Positions 8,052 through 15,465 of a DNA stretch of 32,000 nt are shown in pieces. The stretch's first letter is position 1. Every line of letters begins with the position of its first letter. The notes under the pieces are model-generated. The model was not told the origin of the DNA. It saw only the letters and a list, made by a program, of their open reading frames with translations, and did not search any database. This DNA is from Candidatus Lokiarchaeum ossiferum (lineage in GTDB: Archaea > Asgardarchaeota > Lokiarchaeia > Sigyniarchaeales > Promethearchaeaceae): the NCBI GenBank assembly GCA_025839675.1, contig CP104013.1, positions 4,920,001 to 4,952,000 of the forward strand, read 5' to 3'. Both the position numbers and the translations under genes were made by a program.

Positions 8052-9170
8052 CTATTGCAAAATCAAATAGTCTTCTGGATGAGATCCTAAAGAAAGCTGA
8101 AGATATGCTTGTTGATTGCGGATATAAACTACTTCAAGGGATCCTCTCGCTTGAAAATGCTCTAAAAGTCTAACATTTTCCGTAAATCTTCCCCTTAAAG
8201 TAAAAGTTGATGAAATATCACTTAGTTCTAAATTGTTTTCTTTCAACATTTGGAGGTAGTCTTCCTTTAGATCAGTTTTACTCAAAATTTTAACGTTTGT
8301 GATCTCTAATTCCGATGGAGTTGTCCACCAATTCTGGTCTCCTGCAACTTGACCCTGAAGGGAAATTCTTCCCAGCGTTTGAATGCACCGAGTGGAAAAT
8401 AAATTTCTTTGGGCATAGATGAAACGATCTGAGAACGGTAAAAAGCGGATGAAGAACTCTCGATTTCGGAATTTTCCTTGGTGAAGTTTGCGAGATTCAT
8501 ATTTCAAGAAAGTATAAAAGGAAATTGTCTGGGTAGGAACTCGAAAAGTGTAATGATCTCTTAATTCATCAATATTGTAGGCTCTAATTTCTGTAGTAGA
8601 AGGATTATTTTCGAAAATTTGTCGGAGGCATTCTCTAATTTTAGCGGAATGTTCAAAACCATAGATTATTATGTCTATATCTGAATCGGGGGTTTCTAAT
8701 CCTACCAAAGTGGATCCTGTAACTCCAAAATGGTCTAAAGGTACTTGGGATAGTTCAGAGAGGCATTTACAAAAATCATATGTATCACGTTGGACGGAAG
8801 AAGAAGATTCTTGGGTGGAGAGATGGGATGAACAAAGAAATTTCTCCGGTTTATAGTGTTTTATTATCCTACAATTGGGGACCGCTTGCAATGGAAAATA
8901 ATATTTTTCCGAAATATATTCATATTCCGGATAATTTTGACGCACATATTTCAGTTTGTCTGATAATTCATAGATTTTTTGATAATTTTGCATTTTGTTT
9001 GTTTGAAGATTTATTTTCTGTCTATCTAAGGAACTGATTGAATCGGTTGGATGATACCGAATAAAACAAACGATTTCATTTTGAGGTTGATGAAAACCCT
9101 TGATTTCAAAAATATTTCCCATGAGATCCTCAATAAAATCACCTTCGATACAATATTCTAAATCTGACAT
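8052..9170 (-). CDS. Predicted Pol-beta-superfamily nucleotidyltransferase (archaeal COG1665-like) with C-terminal beta-rich domain
   Basis: 372 aa. The central motif FGVTGSTLVGLETPDSDIDIIIYG is the GS...DxD signature of minimal nucleotidyltransferases. The N-terminal EGDFIEDLMGNIFEIKGFHQPQNEIVCFIRYHP and HYKPEKF resemble, from memory, the archaeal predicted-nucleotidyltransferase family. I cannot assign a substrate. Confidence 0.55.
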   Translation of the reverse strand: MSDLEYCIEGDFIEDLMGNIFEIKGFHQPQNEIVCFIRYHPTDSISSLDRQKINLQTNKMQNYQKIYELSDKLKYVRQNYPEYEYISEKYYFPLQAVPNCRIIKHYKPEKFLCSSHLSTQESSSSVQRDTYDFCKCLSELSQVPLDHFGVTGSTLVGLETPDSDIDIIIYGFEHSAKIRECLRQIFENNPSTTEIRAYNIDELRDHYTFRVPTQTISFYTFLKYESRKLHQGKFRNREFFIRFLPFSDRFIYAQRNLFSTRCIQTLGRISLQGQVAGDQNWWTTPSELEITNVKILSKTDLKEDYLQMLKENNLELSDISSTFTLRGRFTENVRLLEHFQARGSLEVVYIRNQQAYLQLSLGSHPEDYLILQ

Positions 9171-9240
9171 TATCTTCTTGCTCTCTTTTAATTTAGGATT
9201 TCATTAATTTTTTTTTGAATCTTCCATTGCTAACTGTATA

Positions 9241-9783
9241 ATGCAAAAACTATTTCGCCAATTATTGATCGAATTGGGAGAAGATCCCGATCGAGAAGGA
9301 TTAAAGGATACCCCTAAACGGGTCACCACATCATACAAATTTCTGACCCAAGGCTATCGGCAAAGTGTTAAGGAAGTCATTAATGGGGCTTTATTTGAGA
9401 GCGAATCCGATGAAATGATTGTTGTGAAAGATATCGAATTATACTCGTTATGTGAACATCATATGCTCCCCTTCATCGGCAAATGTCATTTGGGGTACAT
9501 ACCTAATGGCAAAATCATAGGTCTATCTAAAACCGCTCGAATTGTTGACGTTTTTGCACGAAGGTTACAAATCCAAGAACGCCTAACAAAGCAAATTGGA
9601 AACGCAATAATGGAACATACTGGAGCACGAGGTGTTGCTGTGGTGATTGAAGCAAAACACCTTTGTATGATGATGCGTGGTGTGGAAAAACAAAACTCAT
9701 CTATGAAAACATCCTATATGACCGGTATCTTCCGAAGTGATATGCGGACTCGATCGGAATTCATGAGTTTAATAAAAGATTAA
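9241..9783 (+). CDS. folE: GTP cyclohydrolase I (type IA, FolE)
   Basis: 180 aa. Motifs are [50 protein letters not shown], and [12 protein letters not shown]. Confidence 0.92.
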   Translation: MQKLFRQLLIELGEDPDREGLKDTPKRVTTSYKFLTQGYRQSVKEVINGALFESESDEMIVVKDIELYSLCEHHMLPFIGKCHLGYIPNGKIIGLSKTARIVDVFARRLQIQERLTKQIGNAIMEHTGARGVAVVIEAKHLCMMMRGVEKQNSSMKTSYMTGIFRSDMRTRSEFMSLIKD

Positions 9784-9794
9784 GGAAGAAAAAA

Positions 9795-10520
9795 CTAAAA
9801 TAAGCGTTTTTTTGGTAATTTAAGCAATTTATTCGCTTTTTGTAAATCTTCGTAGGTATCAATTTCCATACAGATTTCATTTTTTATCGCAAGTGGATGT
9901 AGATGGATTTCGGAAGAGATCTGATTGAATGCATTTTCTGCATAACAATTAGTTTCATGTTGTTCCACAAATGAGTTTATTTCCCTCATCCACCGCTCCA
10001 TATCTGCTTGGATCCAATAATATAAAGGTAGTAAGAACGCGGCATTTTCCCCAAAAATATCCAGACCTATTTGCTTAATTTCATTGTCGATAATCAATCC
10101 CTTAAAATCTTTTTCTGGTAATGGTTCATCAAAATCAACAATCACCGAACTTTTTTCTTGTTTAATTATTTTTTCAACGACGGAATCTTCAAATACCAAA
10201 TCTCCGTGAAGCAGGATGATATCATCATGCATTTTTTCTCGAGCTAACCACATTGAATAAATATAATTTGTTTTATCATATAATGGGTTATTCACATAGG
10301 TTACCGTTATATTGGGAAATTTTTCCTTGATATGAGCTTGAATTTTGTCTTCAAAAGGTCCAGTTGTAATTAAAAAGTCCATAAATCCACATTTGACAAA
10401 AGTTTCTATTTGTCGTTCTAAGATGGTCTTATTCCCTACTTGAAGAAGAGATTTATGGGTATTATCAGTTAAGGGCTTTAACCTTCGGGCCAATCCCGAG
10501 TTCAGTATCATAATTTTCAT
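9795..10520 (-). CDS. LicC-like sugar/phospho-alcohol nucleotidyltransferase (candidate phosphonate or phosphocholine-type cytidylyltransferase)
   Basis: 241 aa. The N-terminal motif is MILNSGLARRLKPLTDNTHKSLLQV, a G-x-G/S-x-R-L type NTP-binding loop. HGDLVF follows later. It is the last gene of the pepM-ppd-adh operon, 16 nt after the adh stop. Confidence 0.75.
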   Translation of the reverse strand: MKIMILNSGLARRLKPLTDNTHKSLLQVGNKTILERQIETFVKCGFMDFLITTGPFEDKIQAHIKEKFPNITVTYVNNPLYDKTNYIYSMWLAREKMHDDIILLHGDLVFEDSVVEKIIKQEKSSVIVDFDEPLPEKDFKGLIIDNEIKQIGLDIFGENAAFLLPLYYWIQADMERWMREINSFVEQHETNCYAENAFNQISSEIHLHPLAIKNEICMEIDTYEDLQKANKLLKLPKKRLF

Positions 10521-10536
10521 AGTAATCAGTTTTTTT

Positions 10537-11706
10537 TTATTTAATATTATGTAAAATTTCCCGCAGATCTTCTTTGGTAACTAATCGAGGATTATGTTTG
10601 ACTCGATCTGGGGTAAAACCTTCCGCAATAATTTTCTCAATTCCATTTTCATCAATATTGAATTGGGATAACTTCGTTTCCAAAGCCATTTCTTTCATTA
10701 TCATGGTCAATTTCAATGCTGCTTCTTCTGCAGTTTTGGTTTTGAAAAGAGAAATAATTGTTTGTAGTCTTTGCGGTGCTTCTAAAGTATTATTTGGCGT
10801 TTCAAGGGCATTAAACTTGATAAATTCTCCTAGGGTGAGAGCACATGCTAATCCATGCGGAATGTTAAAATGGAGCGTCATTGGGTATGAAACAGAGTGA
10901 ACTGCTGTTGTTTTTGTATTACTAAATGCTAACCCCGAAAACATACTCCCTAAGGCCATTTGCGTTCGGTAGGAGAGATCGGAAGGGTTATGAAACATTT
11001 TGGTAATATTTTCCAGGATTAACTCAATAGACTTAAGAGCAAATTCATCCGAGACTGGATTATGATTTTTAGACCAATAGGCTTCAATCGCTTGACTAAG
11101 TGCGTCCAAACCTGTCATTGCGCTCATTTTTGGAGGTAATTTTAGTAATAGGGTAGGATCGATTATCGAAGCTTTTGCAAACATTTTAGGATCTGAGAGT
11201 GAAAATTTCTTAAAAAAATCCCCTAAATCCCAGACTGTGGCCCACCGAGTAACTTCACTCCCGGTTCCAGCGGTTGTAGGAACTAATATTAATGGAACTC
11301 CTGTTTTTTCTAAAGATTTTCCTTTTTTTAGGTAGTCATTAATGCTTCCATTATTTCTCCCCAAAATGGCCATACATTTTGCCGTATCCATGGCAGATCC
11401 TCCTCCTATTCCAATTATCAACCCATATTGGTGCTTTCTTACACGTTCTGCACCCCTATCAATAATACTGATAGATGAATATTTTCCAGGTTTCTCAAAA
11501 AAATCTGCTGTATAACCGTTTGCTTTTAATAAAGTGTGGAGGTTTTCATGAATGCCAAGTATATTTAATAGATTTTCATCCGATACAATCAAAATATGGT
11601 TATTCTGCACATATTTTTGAATCGTGGGAAGAATTTTTTTAAAAGCATGTACCCCAAATATAGTTTCAACAGGATTATAATAGGAATAGGAGATATTTGT
11701 TGTCAT
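10537..11706 (-). CDS. Group III iron-containing alcohol dehydrogenase (candidate phosphonoacetaldehyde reductase, PhpC/FomC/Pdh-like)
   Basis: 389 aa. Motifs are LIIGIGGGSAMDTAKCMA, VPTTAGTGSEVT, and metal-ligand-like histidines in AVHSVSYPMTLHFNIPHGLA. The phosphonoacetaldehyde assignment rests on context, directly downstream of ppd. Confidence 0.8.
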   Translation of the reverse strand: MTTNISYSYYNPVETIFGVHAFKKILPTIQKYVQNNHILIVSDENLLNILGIHENLHTLLKANGYTADFFEKPGKYSSISIIDRGAERVRKHQYGLIIGIGGGSAMDTAKCMAILGRNNGSINDYLKKGKSLEKTGVPLILVPTTAGTGSEVTRWATVWDLGDFFKKFSLSDPKMFAKASIIDPTLLLKLPPKMSAMTGLDALSQAIEAYWSKNHNPVSDEFALKSIELILENITKMFHNPSDLSYRTQMALGSMFSGLAFSNTKTTAVHSVSYPMTLHFNIPHGLACALTLGEFIKFNALETPNNTLEAPQRLQTIISLFKTKTAEEAALKLTMIMKEMALETKLSQFNIDENGIEKIIAEGFTPDRVKHNPRLVTKEDLREILHNIK

Positions 11707-11722
11707 TAACTTCTTCTCGGTT

Positions 11723-12853
11723 TTATTTGTTTAATTCTTCTAAGTAATTCATGAAATATTGTTTATTTTCGATGGGTGTTGTTGTAGGTCGGCCCAAATC
11801 TGCTCGTGCACCCGGTTTCACTTTAACAATGATCATTGCGGGTCCTGGTTTCAAGAAAACTTTCTTCACAGTCTCCGATAGTTTTTCTTTGTCAGAGATG
11901 GTTATTACTGAAGCATATCCACAAGCTTCCGCCAATTTTTCCAATTTTATTGTGTCTGACACTGTGGGTTGGCCTCCCGTCGAATCATGGACATTATTAT
12001 CAAAGAGAAAATGGTAATAATTAGATGGTTTGTAATGGCCAATCGTCGCTAAGGATCCCATTTGCATGATCATCGCTCCATCCCCATCCAATATAACTGT
12101 TTTTTTTTTGGAATTTAAAGCAATTCCGAGTCCAATCGCTGATGCGCATCCCATGGATCCAACTGTGTAAAAATCTCTGGGATCTTCTCGACGAGAAATC
12201 CGTGTTTCAAATAACTCCCGTGAGGTTTTACCTGTAGTTGAAATGATCACTTCTTGCCCTTCTAATTGTGAAATAATTGCTTGGATTGCTTCTTCTCGAG
12301 AGAAATTCGATTTAGGCTCCTTCGTTTTCTGGCTCTTATAGGGATCTAGTGTATTTTTTTTGATGATAAATGCAAAAGGAGAATTTTTCTCCTTAATGTA
12401 TGTGAGGGCTTTACTCAACTCTAGTTCTAAATCTTTTGGATTATCCGGAAATATGGTGTGGCGGATTTCCAAAGTGTCTAACAGTGGAATTGTAATTCTC
12501 CCCATTTTTTTATGTTGTGGTTCATCTTTTTTGCCTGGTTCTCCTCGCCATCCTATAAGCATCAATAGAGGGATAGAATAAACTTCGGGGTCGGCCAACG
12601 ATGTTATCGGATTAACGGTCTTTCCTAAACCAGAATTCTGCATATAAACAATACCACACTTTTTCGTGGCCAGATGATAACCCGAAGCAATTGCTAATGC
12701 TTCACATTCATTTGCTGCGATTACATTTTGTAGTACCTTCCCGTTCATATCATCTAAGAAACTCATCCATGATTTGAAGGTTGAATCGGGGACTCCTGTA
12801 AAAAAGTCTAATCCTTTTTTCTGAAAAATATTCCACATTTCATGAGGATTCAT
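11723..12853 (-). CDS. ppd: Phosphonopyruvate decarboxylase (ThDP-dependent)
   Basis: 376 aa. Motifs are FFTGVPDSTFKSW, NECEALAIASGYHLATKKCGIVYMQNSGLGKTVNPITSL, LMLIGWRGEPGKKDEPQHKKMG, and the ThDP motif LDGDGAMIMQMGSLATIG...FDNNVHDSTGGQ. Its start abuts the pepM stop with a 0-nt gap, and GGAGG lies upstream. Confidence 0.92.
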   Translation of the reverse strand: MNPHEMWNIFQKKGLDFFTGVPDSTFKSWMSFLDDMNGKVLQNVIAANECEALAIASGYHLATKKCGIVYMQNSGLGKTVNPITSLADPEVYSIPLLMLIGWRGEPGKKDEPQHKKMGRITIPLLDTLEIRHTIFPDNPKDLELELSKALTYIKEKNSPFAFIIKKNTLDPYKSQKTKEPKSNFSREEAIQAIISQLEGQEVIISTTGKTSRELFETRISRREDPRDFYTVGSMGCASAIGLGIALNSKKKTVILDGDGAMIMQMGSLATIGHYKPSNYYHFLFDNNVHDSTGGQPTVSDTIKLEKLAEACGYASVITISDKEKLSETVKKVFLKPGPAMIIVKVKPGARADLGRPTTTPIENKQYFMNYLEELNK

Positions 12854-14155
12854 TTATTTTCCTCCCGGAATAAGTTCAAGGATTTCTTTAATGGGCATAC
12901 AAAATTTCTCAGATGCTTCTTTAGCTCGCTCATTTTGTAAAATGGACTTTGCTGTGGCCACCATATTTGGATAGGCACTGCGTAAGAGATGATTTGCATA
13001 AATGACTATTTTTATACCCGCTTTGATTAATTCGTCTTCGGTTATTTGACAATATGTTGAAGGAACAACTACAATCGGGACTCTTTCCTCCAATTTAGCA
13101 AACTCTTTGCAAAAATCCAAAATTTCGGTTGGTTCTTTTTCTTTACTATGGATCATAATCGCATCTGCACCCGCTTTGATATAAGCTTTAGCTCGGGCCA
13201 ATGCATCGGCTTGTCCTTGTTTCAAAATCAAACTTTCAATTCGTGCGATGATCATGAAATGAGGTGTAATTTGTGCTTTTTTTCCCGCATTGATTTTTGC
13301 AGCAAAATTTTCAATGGAATCTTGAGTTTGTTTTACATCGGTTCCAAATAGAGAATTTCTTTTAGGTCCCACTTTATCCTCAATAATTACCGCAGAAACC
13401 CCCAACCGTTCAAGTTTTTTCACTGTAAAAATAAAATGTTCTGTCAAACCCCCACTATCGGCATCAACAATCATTGGTTTTGTGGTGACCTCTAAAATTT
13501 CATCGATATTTTTTAATCTGGATGTGATATCGACTGCACCCGTATCAGGTTTCCCTTTGGATGTTGAATCTGTTAAACTACTTTCCCACATCCCATCAAA
13601 TTCTTTCACCATTTCTCCTTTAACAATTCGAGTTTCTTCCACGATCCGGCCTGTTAAGCCATTATGGACTTCTAAAATTCGAACTATTGGTTTTAATTCA
13701 ATCAATTGTCGGAGTTTTCGTAAACGTAATTCCGGAGTTGTTCCGATACCAAATTTATCACGAAATAATTCATCTGAATTATATTCTTGGGAATATTCTG
13801 GTTCTATTAGTTTTCCTCCCCATTCATTTAAGATATTGATTACTTTTTCTCTGATATGTCGTTGAGGTCCTTCTTTCCAGTTGGTTCCATGAACTACATA
13901 ATCAGGTTTTATTTTATATAGGTTTTCTGAATAATCGAGAGTTTTCTGGGGAATAATTTCTGAAATTCCTTCAATAATCGAGATAATTTCTTTACGTTGC
14001 TCATAGTTCAGAACGGGAATTCTTCTATATGTGGCAATTGCTTCATCTGTAAGCATGCCAATTATTATTGTTCCAAGCTTTCTTGCTTCTTTTATTATTT
14101 TAATGTGACCTGGATGAATGAAATCTGCACTCATCGCAACATAAACTTTTGTCAT
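12854..14155 (-). CDS. pepM: Bifunctional cytidylyltransferase-domain / phosphoenolpyruvate mutase (Fom1-like architecture)
   Basis: 433 aa. Residues about 1-130 form an HxGH-type cytidylyltransferase domain (VYVAMSADFIHPGHIKIIKEARKLG, then VVHGTNW). Residues about 140-433 form the PEP mutase domain (ILEVHNGLTGRI, FDGMWESSLTDSTSKGKPDTG, MIVDADSGG, the PepM-type motif IIEDKVGPKRNS, and IMIHSKEK). Confidence 0.92.
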   Translation of the reverse strand: MTKVYVAMSADFIHPGHIKIIKEARKLGTIIIGMLTDEAIATYRRIPVLNYEQRKEIISIIEGISEIIPQKTLDYSENLYKIKPDYVVHGTNWKEGPQRHIREKVINILNEWGGKLIEPEYSQEYNSDELFRDKFGIGTTPELRLRKLRQLIELKPIVRILEVHNGLTGRIVEETRIVKGEMVKEFDGMWESSLTDSTSKGKPDTGAVDITSRLKNIDEILEVTTKPMIVDADSGGLTEHFIFTVKKLERLGVSAVIIEDKVGPKRNSLFGTDVKQTQDSIENFAAKINAGKKAQITPHFMIIARIESLILKQGQADALARAKAYIKAGADAIMIHSKEKEPTEILDFCKEFAKLEERVPIVVVPSTYCQITEDELIKAGIKIVIYANHLLRSAYPNMVATAKSILQNERAKEASEKFCMPIKEILELIPGGK

Positions 14156-14174
14156 GAGATTTTACCTATCCATA

Positions 14175-14198
14175 ATCAAGGTGTCCTTGATTTAAAAT
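14175..14198 (-). promoter_or_regulatory. TATA-like box plus 17-bp palindrome immediately upstream of pepM
   Basis: A perfect inverted repeat, ATCAAGG-TGT-CCTTGAT, spans 14175-14191. It lies 19 nt upstream of the pepM ATG (14155). It directly abuts a TTTAAAAT element at 14191-14198. An operator between the TATA box and the start codon is the geometry typical of archaeal repressors. Confidence 0.3.
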
Positions 14199-14531
14199 TT
14201 GTCTAAATGGTTGCTTACTAATAAGAAATAAGATTCCTTGTTATATTTCTGTCAAATTGTTGTTCAATTGAATGAAAATCCTAAATGATCTAAATTTGTT
14301 TAGGGTTCAATCAAATTTACATTAAATATTAGAGATTTGATTTTTAATCTGTGTTAAATTTCATCGCAAAAATACTATATCTTACCTTATGATTTCTACT
14401 AAAATACATCTACTTACCTATATGAAATTTGATTTTCTTTCATCTTAATTTCAAAATAAGTTATATTAAAGATATTATAATTTTTATTAGGTATGCGTTC
14501 CAAGATTGTATTAATCAATTCTGTGAGAAAA

Positions 14532-15464
14532 ATGGCTAAACGAAAATATACCGATATTGAAAAAATCAAAGCAATATATGAAAGTGTTAAAAAAAATGGA
14601 TACAAGAAGACTTCGGAGATATTTGATGAACATATTTCTCTTTTAGAACGAATTGTAATGCGATATCAAAATAATATAGTTGATAATAAAATGAAAGTAA
14701 TAATAATTGCTGCTGGAATGGGGTCCCGTCTTAAAGAAATGACAAAGTACCTCCCAAAACCATTGGTGGAGATTGAAGAAAACAAATCTCTTATTGAACG
14801 AGAGATTGAAACTCTTCACAAAGTTGGATTAAATGATATTGCCATTGTTCGAGGATATCAAAAAGATAAATTCACCATTAAAAACGTGGAATATTATGAT
14901 AATGATGTTTATACAGAGAATAATATTTTAGAATCACTCTTCTTTGCAGAAGATGCTATGGAAGATGGATTTATTTGTACCTATGCTGATAGTATTTTTT
15001 CCCAAGAAATCTTCCAGAAAATTTTGGATGCTCCCTATGATATGTGTATTGGAGTGGAACCAGATTGGAGAAAAAGATATGCAAAACGCGATGAACATCC
15101 TACCGATGAAGCAGAATTAGTTAAACTTGAAGATGGGAAAATTACTTCCATTTCCAAATTCTGCAATCCTGATACTTACGATGGGGAATTTATTGGAGTC
15201 GCAAAATTTACAAAAAAAGGGGCAGAAATCCTACGACGAAATTATCATCGAGCTCGGGAAAGTAAAACCTGTCGGTTTGAAGATCATCAACGATTTCATG
15301 ATGCTGTATCAATACGAAAGGCTTATTTGACGGATATGTTTCAAGAATTAATTGATCGGGGTTATCCAATTCATGCTGTCAAAGTTAATCATGGGTGGGT
15401 CGAAATAGACACTCAACAAGATTTTGATTATGCTAAAAAATTGATAGAAAATGGTGAATTATAA
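14532..15464 (+). CDS. LicC-like nucleotidyltransferase with a possible N-terminal HTH-like extension
   Basis: The core starts at MKVIIIAAGMGSRLKEMTKYLPKPLVEI (ATG 14691) and contains IVRGYQ, YADSIF and GEFIGVAKF. The open frame continues upstream to ATG 14532, which is preceded by GTGAGAAAA. That is the same GTGA-N6-8-ATG context as rpl12 and the beta-helix gene. The extension reads MAKRKYTDIEKIKAIYESVKKNGYKKTSEIFDEHISLLERIVMRYQNN. The track start at 14493 is also possible. Confidence 0.7.
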   Translation: MAKRKYTDIEKIKAIYESVKKNGYKKTSEIFDEHISLLERIVMRYQNNIVDNKMKVIIIAAGMGSRLKEMTKYLPKPLVEIEENKSLIEREIETLHKVGLNDIAIVRGYQKDKFTIKNVEYYDNDVYTENNILESLFFAEDAMEDGFICTYADSIFSQEIFQKILDAPYDMCIGVEPDWRKRYAKRDEHPTDEAELVKLEDGKITSISKFCNPDTYDGEFIGVAKFTKKGAEILRRNYHRARESKTCRFEDHQRFHDAVSIRKAYLTDMFQELIDRGYPIHAVKVNHGWVEIDTQQDFDYAKKLIENGEL

Positions 15465-15465
15465 G

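Noticed and set aside
14414-14605. A 63-aa minus-strand ORF in the phosphonate divergent spacer.
   Set aside because: It is an AT-rich, Ile/Phe/Asn-dominated sequence with no motif. It overlaps the probable 5' end of the plus-strand nucleotidyltransferase gene.
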